Source of the DNA: Dictyostelium fasciculatum
Taxonomy: Eukaryota
DNA length: 64,000 nucleotides
Direction of reading: 5' to 3'
NCBI RefSeq assembly: GCF_000203815.1
Contig: NW_004457713.1
Coordinates: 73,358-137,357 of the forward strand
Shown here: positions 1 to 13,002 of the stretch, one piece after another
Numbering within the stretch: position 1 is the first letter of the stretch
Layout of the letters: each line of letters starts with the position of its first letter
Notes under the pieces: generated by a model
The model's input: the letters and a program-made list of their open reading frames with translations, nothing else
Told to the model about the DNA's origin: nothing
Database searches by the model: none
Translations under genes and position numbers: made by a program

Positions 1-407
1 AATATTTGGAAGAACGCAAAGAGGAAGAATATGAACATTTGGATCGCCAACAGCAGCAAATTAATGAAGAGACAATTACTACCACCACCACAACAACCAC
101 TACTACCACAACTACACAACAACCATTGATGATTTCCAGCACCGACACAGATATGGTATATTCTGATACAGGTTCCGAATGGAGAGACTCTGAATATGGT
201 GATGACCCACCACCCATGTCTCCTGCCGCTCTATTGGCAATCACCCCTGTTCGTAATATTGAACAGTTTGAATACGAGTACAATGAAGAAGAAGAAAAGT
301 GTACTGGAATTTTCTTGGCTGGAAGGGCGGACAATATGATTCCCCAAGATGATGGCTCTTCCGATAATTCTCAGAATATATTCTTTAAATGGTTTTATTT
401 CCCTTGA
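1..407 (+). CDS. 3' end of a gene continuing upstream of the window; poly-Thr and acidic low-complexity C-terminus, function unknown
   Basis: ORF 6..407 is open to the window start. The T13 run and acidic tail are typical Dictyostelium low-complexity coding, and an AT-rich 3' flank follows. Confidence 0.35.
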   Translation, partial: YLEERKEEEYEHLDRQQQQINEETITTTTTTTTTTTTTQQPLMISSTDTDMVYSDTGSEWRDSEYGDDPPPMSPAALLAITPVRNIEQFEYEYNEEEEKCTGIFLAGRADNMIPQDDGSSDNSQNIFFKWFYFP

Positions 408-1272
408 TGATTTCAAAACAATTTTTGATTTAAAAACTGAGTATCTTTCATTACATTATTTATCACCCCATCAAAAATGAATAAATAAATTATTGTAGAC
501 AAAAAGATGATGACCGCTGATTACTTTTGATTTATTTGATTGATCATTATTGAAATTCAAATTATTTATGTTGTTTTTGAGTGTTGATTTGTTTTTTAAT
601 TTTTAAAAAATAAAGAAAAAAAAACTTATTATAAGAATATATAGTTTTCAAATATAATAAATAAATAATAGAATTAATATGTATAGTTTAATAGTATAAG
701 ACCAATAAACAAAATGAGTTTGATAAACACACTTGGTTTGGATCTAACTTGAATGGTCTGTCTCTCTTTCTATTCTTAAATTATCTAATTACTAATTCTA
801 TTTCTTTACTTTTTTTTTCCCAAATTATAGGTTACATTTACATGTCCAAGAACAGTAATTTATAAATCTAGATCATCTCAATTGGATCCCCTTTTTTCTT
901 TAAAATATAACACTTCCAAGAAAATTTCTGTCCATATGTATTTCAATCGACACATGGAACACCTTCACTTTTAAATTGTTATTGATCCAAGTATATTTTA
1001 ATCACGAATTGGGATCAAATAAAAAAGATGGGGTGTCCAACCAATCTCCTACCGTGGTACAGGAGATATTTTTAACACATCGGTATTGACCACATTTTTT
1101 ACCCCAATGATTGGGCAGGTTTATACTCGGCCAAAAGGGGTTACCAATGTTGCCTCGATAAACACAATGGTGTGTTAAGACCATTGCAACCATCACCATT
1201 AATGAATAAATACTAATACCACAGATAGAGAAAAGAGAGATAATGATTAAAATAGATTAATTATCAAAAAAC

Positions 1273-3206
1273 ATGAAACCATCATCCCACCATCATCATC
1301 TAGCCAATCGTCGATTCTTTCTTCTATTACTACTCTTACTACTATGGATGATTAACCAAGTGTCATCAGACTTTGTCATTTTAAAAGAAACATTAAACAA
1401 AGATATAGATAATGACTCTATTGCACAAACTCAAATATCAAATCAGTGTGACCACCAATCAGCTGATACAAATCATTGTCTCATTGCACATATCATAAAT
1501 GATGATGGTATGTAAATAACTCCAACCTCTTTTACAACAGTTGTTGATCATTACAGAGATTTATTAATCAATCAAATCAATTTGTATAGATTATATTGGT
1601 TTCTCTTATCGATCCAATCATCAACAACAACAGACACCATTTAATTCAACCGACAACAGATATATAGAGTTTAAGTTAATGGTTACTCCTCCCCCTACTA
1701 CTACTACTACAGCTACGACACCTATTCTATCAGTATCAATAGACACTGATGGAATAGTAGTATTAAACAATAATACATTATATGTAGAGGAGAGCAGCAG
1801 CAACAGAGACGGAGGAGAAACCAATTTTTTTACACAATACCGATTGATACGAATCTATCTAGGTAGATTAAACATTAAAGACAACTCCCAATTCAAATCG
1901 ATTCGTATTCAATGTTCATTAAAACAATCAATCATTTATCTATCTTCTGTATCTTTATTATTAAATCGTATGTATATATATATATGGAAATATACAAACT
2001 CTATTGCTATTTATTAATATTTTTTGGGTTTGATTGATCAATAGCCACATCTTTAAATCCTTCAGGTGGATTTAATACAAACAACAACAATGATAGTAAC
2101 GATAGAGGAAGAAGAGGTAAAATAGCAGCAGGTGTAGTAGTACCATTGGTAGTTTTAATCATCATTGCTCTGATTATTATTGTATATAAAAGAAAAAAAC
2201 AAAGTGATAAGAAATTTATATCAAATCTTTATGATAATCAATCTATTGGTTCAAGATATGGTGGTGGTGGTGGTGCTGGTGGTCAAAGTTTTAATGGTCA
2301 AAGTTTTAATGATCAAAGTAACGGTGGTGATCCAAACGCAATTGAGATGACTGTATTTTCTTCAACTCCAACACCTCCTATGACAATAACCAATCAAATG
2401 TCAATCATTGTAGAGAAACCAATAACAACGCCTACCTCATTATCTCCTCCGCCATCACCTCCTCCTCCACCACCAATTCCATCACCAATATTTCCACCAA
2501 AAATCAAATCAAATAGAGCCTATTATTCTACACCAAATCCTCTAAAATCAATTAATTTCTCACCTCCTCTTCCTCCTCCTCCTCCTCCTAATCCTACTCC
2601 TACTTCACCCCCTCCACATCCAGCTAAAATATTTGGACAACCTATTAAAGGAGATAAAGTACCATATATAGTTCTAAGTACCATTGAACATTTAACAAGG
2701 TATGGATTAAAAGAACAAGGAATACTTAGAGTTGCAGGTAGTAAAGTGCAAGTTGATAAATTAGTTCAACTATATGATAGTGGCCTATCAGTAAATCTAA
2801 TAGAATCTACCAACGATATACATGCTGTCGGTGATGTACTTAAAAAATATTTACGCGAATTACCTCAATCATTGTTGACTGAAAATGTTGACCATATCAT
2901 ATTTATGCAAGACAAACAACAACAAATAGAGTGTTTAAAAAAGTTGATAGATTCTATGCAAGAGTTTGAAAGATCTACCATTGAAGTATTATTTAAATTC
3001 CTTTCTCTTGTATCTCTTCATTCTGATGAAAACAAAATGAATAATTCTAATATCTCTTTAATATTTTCTCCAACTTTAAATGTATGTAAAAATATAGAAA
3101 GAAATCAAAAAGGATTATTATTAATCAATCCTTACTTTTACTTTTATTAAATAGTTTGTTCCAGATTTAATTGATTTATTTATTAAACATTGTGAAATAA
3201 TATTTT
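1273..3206 (+). CDS. Type-I transmembrane RhoGAP. It has a signal peptide, a Thr-rich ectodomain, one TM helix, a Pro-rich linker and a RhoGAP domain. About 4 exons: ~1273-1506, ~1661-1862, ~2046-3082, 3154-3206.
   Basis: Signal peptide [27 protein letters not shown] helix VVLIIIALIIIVYKRKKQ. RhoGAP motifs (PYIVLSTIEHLTRYGLKEQGILRVAGS..., arginine finger; HAVGDVLKKYLRELPQSLL). Introns read from GTATGT/GTAGAT..AG with phases that join the ORF-track frames. The last small exon (FVPDLIDLFIKHCEIIF*) follows a GTATGT..AAATAG intron. Confidence 0.7.
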
Positions 3207-3404
3207 AAAAATAAATAAATAAAAAATAATTAAAAAAAAAAATAGTTCGGATTTATGAACTTTCAACAAAACTAAAACCTCTGTGTTCAAATTGATTCTT
3301 ATTCTTTTCAACTTATCTTTTATTTAAACAATGGGAGGTTTGTATTTATTATTCATTCATTCAAGCACATTGATCATTTATTAATCTTCTTCTTATTTCT
3401 CTAC

Positions 3405-3407
3405 TAC

Positions 3408-3470
<63 letters not shown>
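3405..3470. repeat. (ATT)n microsatellite in the sf3b1 5' flank
   Basis: More than 20 perfect ATT units are directly visible. Confidence 0.95.
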
Positions 3471-3472
<2 letters not shown>

Positions 3473-3479
3473 TTACACA

Positions 3480-6400
3480 ATGAAAGATAAAACTACTACA
3501 ACATCAGAATGGGATGAAACACCATCAACCAAAACTACAGCAGCAGTAGCAGCAACACCAAGAAGAAATAGATGGGATGAAACACCACAAAAGTTAGCAA
3601 CATCAACTATAGAACAGACACCAAAGAGAAGATCTAGATGGGATGAAACACCTGTAACGATTAGTGGTGGTATGGGAGGATCTGCAACACCTCAAATAAT
3701 GAGTGGTGGTATTGGTGCGACACCAAGATTCGATGTATCATCTACACCAAACGTATTGATGCATGCTGGTATGATGACTCCCGATGTACATCAATTACGT
3801 GCAGAAAAGGAATTGGACGAACGAAACAAACCATGGACAGATGAAGATCTCAATGCAGCATTGCCATCGGAAGGCTACGAAATATTAATGCCACCTAGTA
3901 ACTATCAACCCATCATGACACCTGCCAGAAAGTTAATGGCTACACCTGCTGCAGGTGTTGGTGGTGGATTTTTTATGCAAGAGGAAAATAGATCACAAGA
4001 CTATGGTGTTTCAGAGACAATGACTCAGGGTGGTCTACCAATCAAACCAGAGGATAAACAATATTTTGACAAGTTGCTCAAAGTAAGCGACGAGGATGAA
4101 GAGATGCTCTCACCAGAGGAGCTAAAGGAAAGAAAAATTATGAAATTATTATTGCGTATCAAGAATGGAACACCACCAATGAGAAAGGCTGCTCTTCGTC
4201 AACTAACAGACAAGGCAAAGGAATTTGGTCCTGCCGCTCTGTTTAATCAAATCTTACCACTCTTTACATCACAATCGTTGGAAGATCAAGAACGTCATCT
4301 TTTGGTCAAGGTCATCGATCGTATTCTCTACAAGTTGGATGATTTGGTTCGTCCCTTTGTCAGAAAGATTCTTTCAGTCATTGAACCATACCTCATCGAT
4401 CAAAACTATTATGCTCGTGTAGAAGCTCGTGAAATCATTTCCAATCTTTCAAAGGCTGCCGGTCTTGCCAGTATGACTGCAACAATGCGTCCAGATATCG
4501 ACAGTCCAGAAGAGGATATTAGAAATACGACTGCTCGTGCATTTGCAGTTGTCGCATCTGCCTTGGGTATTCCTGCACTCCTTCCATTCCTTACTGCCGT
4601 TTGTCGTAGTAAAAAATCATGGCAAGCAAGACACACTGGTATCAAGATTGTCCAACAGATTGCTATTCTAATGGGATGTGCCATTTTGCCACATCTAAAG
4701 GGCCTCGTAGAGATTGTTGAACACGGTCTCACAGACGAACAACCCAAGGTTCGTACCATTACCGCTTTGGCTATTGCAGCCCTCGCCGAAGCAGCCACTC
4801 CCTATGGTATCGAATCATTTGACAGTGTTCTCAAACCACTCTGGTACGGTATTCAACACTATCGTGAAAAGGGATTGGCCGCCTTTTTCAAGGCCATTGG
4901 TTATATCATCCCACTTATGGATGCAAGTTATGCCAGCTACTATACCAAAGAAGTGATGGGTATTCTCATCAGAGAATTCAAAACCAACGAAGATGAAATG
5001 AAAAAGATTGTGTTAAAGGTTGTCAAGCAGTGCGTTGGAACAGAGGGTGTAGAGGCTCAATACATTAGAGACGAAGTGTTGCCAGAGTTTTTCAAATGTT
5101 TTTGGATCAGAAGAATGGCTCTCGACAGAAGAAATCACAAACAATTGGTAGATACCACCGTAGAGTTGGCCAACAAGGTTGGCGGTGCAGAGATTATCTC
5201 TCGTATTGTAGATGACCTAAAGGACGAGTCAGAGGCTTACAGAAAAATGGTTATGGAAGCTATTGAAAAGATCATCTCTACACTTGGCGCTTCCGATATC
5301 AACCCTCGTCTTGAAGAACAGTTGATCGATGGCATTTTGTATGCCTTTCAAGAACAAACCACCGACGAAACTGCCATTATGCTTCAAGGTTTTGGTACAA
5401 TCGTCTTGGCACTTGGTGTGCGAGTCAAGCCCTATCTCACCCAAATCGCAGGTACCATCAAGTGGCGTCTCAACAACAAGGCGGCCAAGGTACGTCAACA
5501 AGCTGCCGATCTCATCTCTCGTATTGCAGTGGTCGTCCAAATGTGTGAAGAGGAGCAACTCTTGGGTCATCTTGGTCAAATCCTCTATGAATACCTCGGT
5601 GAAGAGTATCCAGAGGTATTGGGTTCGATTTTGGGTGCACTAAAGGCCATTGTCAATGTTATTGGTATGACCAAAATGACACCACCCATCAAAGATCTCC
5701 TTCCACGTCTTACACCCATTCTCAAGAATCGTCACGAAAAGGTACAAGAGAATTGCATCGATTTGGTAGGTCGTATTGCCGATCGTGGTGCCGATTTTGT
5801 TTTGGAACGTGAATGGATGCGTATTTGTTTTGAGTTGCTCGACCTTTTAAAGGCACACAAAAAGGGGATCAGAAGAGCCGCAGTCAATACTTTTGGTTAC
5901 ATTGCAAAGGCAATAGGTCCACAAGATGTATTGACAACACTCCTCAACAATCTCAAGGTGCAAGATCGTCAGAATCGTGTTTGTACTACAATTGCCATTG
6001 CCATTGTCGCAGAAACATCTGCCCCCTATACTGTCCTTCCAGGCCTCATGAATGAATATCGTATCCCAGAGCTCAACGTTCAAAATGGTGTCTTGAAATC
6101 GCTCTCTTTTCTCTTTGAATACATTGGCGAAATGGGTAAAGACTATATATACGCTGTTACTCCTCTACTAGAGGACGCTCTCATGGATCGTGATCCAGTT
6201 CATCGTCAAACTGCATGCTCTGCCGTCAAACACATGTCTCTTGGAGTACAAGGTCTAGGTTGCGAGGATGCACTCGTTCATCTACTCAATCTTGTGTGGC
6301 CAAATATTTTAGAAACCTCTCCCCATGTTATCAATGCATTTTTAGAGGCAGTAGAGGGTTTACGTATCGCTTTGGGGCCTGCTGTCATTCTTCAATATAC

Positions 6401-6566
6401 TTTACAAGGACTCTTCCATCCAGCTCGTCGTGTTCGTGACATTTATTGGAAGGTTTTCAACATGCTCTACGTTTCCTCTCAAGATTCAATGATTCCTGCC
6501 TATCCAAAAACAATAGACGATGGATTAAATACTTATCAACGTTATGAATTGGAATATATATTGTAA
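3480..6566 (+). CDS. sf3b1: Splicing factor 3B subunit 1 (SF3B1/SAP155), intronless, 1028 aa
   Basis: The N-terminus has repeated RWDETP / TP motifs (the U2AF/p14-binding TP-rich region). These are followed by about 20 HEAT repeats that are highly conserved (e.g. ...[31 protein letters not shown]...). Confidence 0.93.
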   Translation: MKDKTTTTSEWDETPSTKTTAAVAATPRRNRWDETPQKLATSTIEQTPKRRSRWDETPVTISGGMGGSATPQIMSGGIGATPRFDVSSTPNVLMHAGMMTPDVHQLRAEKELDERNKPWTDEDLNAALPSEGYEILMPPSNYQPIMTPARKLMATPAAGVGGGFFMQEENRSQDYGVSETMTQGGLPIKPEDKQYFDKLLKVSDEDEEMLSPEELKERKIMKLLLRIKNGTPPMRKAALRQLTDKAKEFGPAALFNQILPLFTSQSLEDQERHLLVKVIDRILYKLDDLVRPFVRKILSVIEPYLIDQNYYARVEAREIISNLSKAAGLASMTATMRPDIDSPEEDIRNTTARAFAVVASALGIPALLPFLTAVCRSKKSWQARHTGIKIVQQIAILMGCAILPHLKGLVEIVEHGLTDEQPKVRTITALAIAALAEAATPYGIESFDSVLKPLWYGIQHYREKGLAAFFKAIGYIIPLMDASYASYYTKEVMGILIREFKTNEDEMKKIVLKVVKQCVGTEGVEAQYIRDEVLPEFFKCFWIRRMALDRRNHKQLVDTTVELANKVGGAEIISRIVDDLKDESEAYRKMVMEAIEKIISTLGASDINPRLEEQLIDGILYAFQEQTTDETAIMLQGFGTIVLALGVRVKPYLTQIAGTIKWRLNNKAAKVRQQAADLISRIAVVVQMCEEEQLLGHLGQILYEYLGEEYPEVLGSILGALKAIVNVIGMTKMTPPIKDLLPRLTPILKNRHEKVQENCIDLVGRIADRGADFVLEREWMRICFELLDLLKAHKKGIRRAAVNTFGYIAKAIGPQDVLTTLLNNLKVQDRQNRVCTTIAIAIVAETSAPYTVLPGLMNEYRIPELNVQNGVLKSLSFLFEYIGEMGKDYIYAVTPLLEDALMDRDPVHRQTACSAVKHMSLGVQGLGCEDALVHLLNLVWPNILETSPHVINAFLEAVEGLRIALGPAVILQYTLQGLFHPARRVRDIYWKVFNMLYVSSQDSMIPAYPKTIDDGLNTYQRYELEYIL

Positions 6567-6591
6567 TAAATAAAAAAAGAAAGACTATAGT

Positions 6592-8560
6592 TTATTTAAA
6601 CTTTGGAGTACTACTATCTTTGGTTTTAGTCTTTTTCAATGAACCAGATTTGAAACTTTCAATTGATGATAATAAATTCTTTCTACCTCCTCCCGATCCT
6701 GATGGGGTTGATGATGGTGGAGGTGGTGGTGGTGGTGGACCTCCAGCTGGTGGTGGTGGTGGAGGAGGAGGAGGTGGTGGTGGGCCTCCAGATGGTGGTG
6801 GTGGGGCTGGTGGACCTCCAGCAGAGGAACTAGTTGGCTTTGAAGGAGTATTGAAAAGAGTGGTGGTTGAAATAGTAGAAGCAGTAGTAGTAGTAGTAGT
6901 TGGGGTAGTAGAGGTTGTTGAAAATGAAGAAGATAGAGATGGCATGGAATTTGAGAAATGACTACCAGTATAGGAAGAGGAAGTTGAAAATGGTTGGGGA
7001 TTTGAAGAAGAGACATTGAGATTTGTTTGAGAAAGATTAATCTCAACTGGTACAAATGTCAATTGTTTTCTCTTTTTTTGTTTCTTAAATTCCTTCATTG
7101 ATGGTACACTCTCTGCTTTTTGAGAAGAGATAAAAGATTTGTTCAATTTGTTGGCTGCCTCTATCATTTCCTTTTCTCTCGAAGAGTGGGTAATACGTTG
7201 AATAGGTAGATTTTTAAATTTATGATAAGAAAAGAAATCCAATTTTGATAATTCTTCCAATGATGGTGGATTTCCATACCATGGTTTAAAAATTGATTCT
7301 AAAATCTAAAAGAGAGAGAATGATTAATAAAACTAAACAAAAAACATTTCTTTTTCTCTTTTGTTTTACTTTTTTAACTTCTTGATGACAATGAGATGGA
7401 ATACCAACTTCAATTGATTGTTTTGATTCTAGTTCATAACCACATCCCATTTCATATAAAATAGTTCCAAAACATAATACCTCTGGATCCAAATCTGATG
7501 AATAAGATGAAAGAATATTTGATAATCTTGGTTTTAATCCTAAAAATGCATTTTCATAATCACTTATTCTAAAAAAAGAAAAAAAGTTAGATATATTATA
7601 TTATTCTAATTTTAATTTACATACAAAATATTTTGTTCATCTAAAAGAATATTTGAAGCATTTAAATGGAAATAGGGGAAATTATGATGTTTCATAAACA
7701 TTAAAGCTTCTAGTATTTGTCTACCAAACTTTGAGATGAGCTTTTCGTTGAGTTGGAATGTTTCACGATGTTTGTCTTTGTAATTCATCTTTGGTTTTGC
7801 TTGATGAATAAAATCTCTCAATGAACCCTTTGCATAAAAAGGTCTAATTGAAACTGCACATCTTTTATCTGGTAAATAATCTACCAATAATGGTACACTA
7901 ATAAATGGATGAATCTAATAAAAAGAAAGAATGTTAAAAAAAAAGAATTCTTTTCTTTTTTCTCCATCTTTTTTCTCTTACTTCTAAAGATTTGACAAGT
8001 GTACGATAGGTATTTCTACCAACCTCTGTAGATAATGGAATTGGCCATTGATTTGATACTGGAACCATAGACATTATTCTTTCATTGTCTAATCTATTTG
8101 TAGGATTGGTGCCAACAACTGAAAAGTAGTTTTTGTCTGTTCTAGAACCAATCGATGGCAATTGTCTATCAAGACTATAAATAGTAGATCTAAGATAAAA
8201 TCTTGCATTCATTATGATTGTATCCTCTTTTAGAAAGAAAAAATGGTAAGATATTTGTTTTTCTATTCTATGAATTAATCACATGATTATATATTACCTT
8301 TGATCTGTTGAGAATTATCTCTTTCATAAACAAAAACATTTCCTTTTTCTAATGGTGTATACTTTTTACGACTATAAAATAAAATACATATCTAATTAGT
8401 AAAAAGAAGGATATTTAAAGATCTCCTCTTGTTTATTATTTCTGATTCTTCATACTCTTTACTGATGAAATAATATGCAATGAATACAATGATCACAATG
8501 ATCAATATACCACCTCCACAGGCTATAGCTATAATCTCTGCTGTATTCATTCTATAGTTG
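6592..8560 (-). CDS. PXK/Slob-like protein. It has an N-terminal TM helix, a PX-like region, a pseudokinase domain, a poly-Pro tract and a C-terminal WH2 motif. About 6 exons: ~8490-8560, ~8255-8330, ~7975-8228, ~7622-7905, ~7370-7560, 6592-7306.
   Basis: Kinase-like subdomains are present, but HLNASNILL replaces HRDLKxxN, so it is a likely pseudokinase. DPEVLCFGTILYEMGCG matches subdomain IX. C-terminal to these come [23 protein letters not shown] and a WH2-like ...RKNLLSSIESFKSGSLKKT. Exons were joined via GTAAGA/GTATGT/GTAAAA..AG introns with matching phases. The first exon encodes MNTAEIIAIACGGGILIIVIIVFIAYYFI. Confidence 0.6.
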
Positions 8561-8769
8561 TACAACTTTGATCAAAAATAATATATTGAAATGATGTGTA
8601 GATTATTTCGGAATGCGGCACTTATCAAACGATGTTTTGTTGCGCAAAAATTAAAGAAAAAAAAAAAGGATTCTTTCTACGCCTTTTCAAACAAGTAATT
8701 TATTTAAAAATGGGCACCACTTCAGAATGATCATTCTGAAGTGAATTCTCGCTGGAAATATTATATATT

Positions 8770-9387
8770 ATGTTTAATATAGTTGTATTAATATCAGGTA
8801 ATGGAAGCAATTTGCAAGCCATCATAGATGCAATTGAAAACAAGACACTGGAAGGAGTATCTATTAGTGCTGTCATCTCAAACAAGTCAGAAGCATTTGG
8901 TCTAAAGAGAGCAGAGAAACACAATATAGCCACAAGAGTATTCTCTTTACAAAAGTACTTGAAAGATGATGCATCTAGAAATCGTAATGACTATGGTATA
9001 GAGTTGGCAAAGATCATAAGAGAATACAATCCAAAGTTGATTGTTTTGGCTGGTTGGATGATCATCTTGCCAGCAAGCTTTTTAGTAGAGTTTGAAAAGA
9101 ATCAACCCATCATTGACGTTATCAATCTTCATCCCGCTTTGCCTGGGCAGTTTGCTGGTGCACACGCCATTGAACGTGCCTATGAATCCTTTCAAAAGGG
9201 TGAAATTGATCACACTGGTCTAATGGTTCACAAAGTAATCGAAGAGATTGATGCAGGTCAAGTAATACTCACTGCAAATGTAGACATTAAAAAAGAGGAT
9301 ACTCTAAGTGATTTAGAAGAAAGAATGCACTCTGTTGAACATACTACTTTGGTCAATGCAATTAAATTATTATCTACTCAACAATAA
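8770..9387 (+). CDS. purN: Phosphoribosylglycinamide formyltransferase (GAR transformylase, purine biosynthesis), single exon
   Basis: MFNIVVLISGNGSNLQAIID... (the GAR-Tfase N-terminal signature), NLHPALLP-type motif (VINLHPALPGQFAG), and a folate-binding C-terminal region. Confidence 0.88.
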   Translation: MFNIVVLISGNGSNLQAIIDAIENKTLEGVSISAVISNKSEAFGLKRAEKHNIATRVFSLQKYLKDDASRNRNDYGIELAKIIREYNPKLIVLAGWMIILPASFLVEFEKNQPIIDVINLHPALPGQFAGAHAIERAYESFQKGEIDHTGLMVHKVIEEIDAGQVILTANVDIKKEDTLSDLEERMHSVEHTTLVNAIKLLSTQQ

Positions 9388-9481
9388 ATTAACATATATC
9401 AATAAATATATTTCTTCTCTATTTTTTTGGTATTATACAATTCTATTTTATTTTTTAATATATTACTAATATTAGAGAGTT

Positions 9482-12400
9482 TTAGGTACCTATATAAAGA
9501 TTTAATAAATGTTGTGAAAGAGAAATTAAAGTTGATTGATCGGTGGTGGTAGCCATATCACTTGGAACTGATGAAACAATTGTAGATAGACCTGTTGTAG
9601 TGGTTGGAGCGGCTGTTGTAGTGGCAGTAGCTGTTGTAGTGTCTACTCCAGTTGTTGTATCAGTGGCGGTGGTTGTAGGGGTGGTTGTGGTTGCGCCATG
9701 AGTGGTCGCACTGGCTGTATTGGTGGTTGTTGAGTTGGTTGTGGCCGTAGTATTACAGAGAGCAGAGTCACAACTTGAATCGGTATTGAGGAAACCACCT
9801 GTCGATGGGATATTAACATCTCCAATGCCAGACTTGAGGGTACCCAATATAGCAGATAGGGCAACCAATGAAAGGATTAAAAAGACAGTGATAATACCGA
9901 CAGTGATAAAGATCTTTTTACGTTTTCGGTTCTTTTCAATCTCTCGTATTGTTTGTTGTTCCAACTCTCCTACCTTGTTTCCAAGTACCTCGATCTTTTT
10001 CTTGTCTAGAATATCGAGTTCAATACAAACATTGTCCACCTTTTTAGACAATTCCTGGGTGGCACCAACGTTTTCCATAAAGATGGCATCCTTGTTGACC
10101 ATTAAAAAGTCTTTGAGAACTGTTCCGTCTGAGAGTTCTCTGTCACCAGTTTCCTTGACTGCATTGGGTATAACCTCACGAAGTTCTTGGGCCAAAACAC
10201 CACGTTCCTTCTTTTCAGTGATACCAGTATCTTTGGCCCATTGGTCGGTGAGTTGGTAGTCATAGAGTTGAAGCTTCTTGATCTTTTCCAATTGCTCCTT
10301 GGTATTGACTGGCTTAATGTCTTTCTTTACTCTTCTATCTGATGGATTGTATGTGGTTCCAGTAACTGCAATGTTGCCATGAACCGATAGGGCTTCATTT
10401 GGCTCTGCATTGTTAATACCAACATTACCATATCGATAGATACCCCCTCTATGATTTTGATCCCATTGTCCGTTGACTTCAATATTATTATTATTATTTG
10501 TTGTTGTTGTTGAGGTTGTACCTATAGTAGGTGGTGAATCATTTTCTACATCTGTTGTTGAACTTGATGGTGTATTATTTTGTTGTTGAATGATTTGTTG
10601 TTGTAATGGGTGATAGTTTGTAGTATTAAATTGTTGTTGTTGTAAAATGATTTGTTGTTGTTGTTGTTGTTGTAATTGTTGGTTATATTGATCTTGATCA
10701 GGTGAGTTGTGTGATGATGATGGTGGAGAATGATAAATGTTTTGAATAATGGTTTGTTGTTGTTGAGCCGATGTTGCAGTTGAAGAGGTAGAAGATACAT
10801 TGGCAGTTGTCATTGATTCTTCTTGATGATTCTTTAACATTGTCAATGGAGATGATGGTGATGTCATTGTGGATGTGGTGACATTATTATGATTATTATT
10901 ATTATTATTTGTGCCAAGACTAAATAGTGGCAATTGTTGAGATGGTGGAGGAGGAATTTGGTTACTCGAAGCATTGAGTGGTGATCGTGTTACAATAAGT
11001 GGTGAATGATGATGTTGGGAATGAGTGAAAATGGGTGTGTTGTTTGTAGTAGTAGGTGTAAGTTGTAATGTTCTTGGTGACGAGTGTGTTGCAAGTGGCG
11101 AAAATTGTGGTTGTTGTTGCAACACAAGTGGCGACGACAGTCCTTCCTCTGGTGTTGGTATACCACTTGGTGTACCACTTGTTGAATTAGTATTATTATT
11201 AGTAGTAGAAGTAGTGTTATTATTAGAGTTACTATTATTATTATTGTTATCCTTTGAGCTAATTTTGGTTGTTGATGATAAAGAACCAAAAGTTAAAGTT
11301 GGATGACCGGTACGAACAATCAATGGATCGGAGATAAGAGACATGACGCAGTAATCTCTTTGATGATAACGAGCACTAACAGTGATAACCAATCTGAAAA
11401 ATTCTTGTTGTGGGTTTGGAAGCTTGTGTTTACGAGCATTGTTTGAAGTTGCCTTTCTGAAATGAAGACGAGGAATGGCTACTGTATTGCAGTTGGTGAT
11501 TGGCATAAGAGGTGGTTGTTTCTCTTCATTCTTTTCACGTTTTGAATTGGTTTGGTACAATTCAACCTCTACTTCCTCTGCAGGATTGCCAATATCGGTA
11601 CTTTTTACACCACGGATTCCAATATTCAATGATTCTATTGGATAAGTGACAGAATTGATTTCAACCAATGGCCGGCTATTGTCATCAATGGTAAAATGAT
11701 GTTGTATAGATACTCCGAGTTGGAAATGGTTTCTACGATAATAAACCCATGATGAATCAACCTCACTATATGAAAATCCTTTTTCTGCTAAAATAATCAA
11801 AGTTGGTGGGAGTCTTTGAGAAAGAGAGGGAAAAAGAAAAAGAATGAAATGTTGGTTATTAATGAGTCAAAAGGAGTACTTGTTCTTTTTGGATAATTAC
11901 AATTCAGTTCCAAAAGGTGATACTATTCTATGCCAATAGTTTGAGCAATAAGGAGTCCAATGAAAGATATGATTTTGGTCAATAATATATCTTCTCTTTT
12001 TAATATGAATTCCACCACCACCACCACCACCATTGGTAGAGATTGTTGAAGTTGCTTCACTTAATGATGATGTTGATGATGACAGGTCTATTCTTTTCAC
12101 TCCAACAAGTTTATCATTTGATGATGGTTGTTCAACATTCATTTCATTATCACTATCGTTATTATCATCATTATTATTATTGTTATTATTATTATTATTA
12201 TTTGTTAATGATACTTGTTGTTGTTGTTGTTGTTGTTGTTGTGGGGGTGGTGGTGGTATTGGAGTATTAATAGTTGGTATTATGATTGGTGTTGCTTTAA
12301 CCAATTGTTCAGACATATTTTCATTTATAGCCAATAGATTAGAATGATTGCTACCGCTGTTATTCATTATGATTGGTTGTGATGAGTTTAGATTGGAAAA

Positions 12401-12578
12401 CATCGTCAAACCACTGAATAAAGAGTTGCCAGAGTTTGATAACATTTCCATGTGTGTTGGAATGTTGCTTTGTGGTGAAAATATATTTTGTTGTAAATCT
12501 TGAAGAAAACATCTAAATATTTATAGATAACGAGTAAATCAAGATTGTATGCCGATGGTTTATGAGATTTTTATGGTG

Positions 12579-12609
<31 letters not shown>

Positions 12610-13002
12610 AAGGAAAAGAGTGAGTTAATTTTTTTTTTGTCCTTGTGATCGATCAGCTTCGCTCCATCGAGAGAGACAATAAAACAAGAAAGATACGTAC
12701 AATTCTGATGATCCTGTAATATTACTTGATGGTTGTGAAAGTGGTAGAGGTGATGGTATTAATGATGATGATGTATTGTTACCATGTTGATTAAATTGTT
12801 GTTGTTGATGATGATGAAGGTGACTTGCTTCGTTATCCATTTTTATAAACATGTTATTGTGATGTTGTTGTTGTTGTTGATTAAACTGTTGTTGTTGAAT
12901 ATAGTTTTGTTGTTGTTGTTGCTGCTGCTGCTGTGGCATTGACCCCAAGAATTGATTGCCATTATGATTATTATTATTATTATTATTATTATTACTAAAC
13001 AT
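9482..13002 (-). CDS. mrfA: Myelin-gene-regulatory-factor-type transcription factor. It has a poly-Q/N N-terminus, an NDT80/PhoG DNA-binding domain, an ICA (peptidase S74) autoprocessing domain, a TM helix and a Thr-rich lumenal tail. About 3 exons: 12713-13002, ~11890-12520, 9482-11786.
   Basis: NDT80 core FRLVITVSARYHQRDYCVMSLISDPLIVRTGHP. ICA domain SDRRVKKDIKPV...LQLYDYQLTDQWAKDTGITEKKERGVLAQELREVIPNAV. TM helix IFITVGIITVFLILSLVALSAILG. An MRF homologue (MrfA) is described in Dictyostelium. The exon1/2 junction was verified (GAATT|GTACGT ... TTTAG|A gives ...GSSELCFLQDL...). The exon2/3 junction near 11786-11895 is not resolved to the base. Confidence 0.8.

Noticed and set aside
4225-5643. 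Short ORFs on both strands within 3480-6566
   Set aside because: They are fully embedded in the highly conserved SF3B1 reading frame, with no independent support.
6620-7055. Poly-Gly (6620-6961 +) and poly-His/Leu (6636-7055 -) ORFs
   Set aside because: These are alternative-frame or antisense readings of the GGN/CCN-rich proline tract of the PXK-like gene's last exon. They are low-complexity artefacts.
9643-10800. ORFs 9702-10259 +, 9643-9864 - and 10546-10800 - inside mrfA
   Set aside because: These are antisense or alternative frames through the Thr/Gln/Asn-rich coding repeats of mrfA.
12033-12347. Plus-strand poly-Leu/poly-Cys ORFs
   Set aside because: They are antisense to the poly-Q/poly-N stretch of mrfA exon 2.
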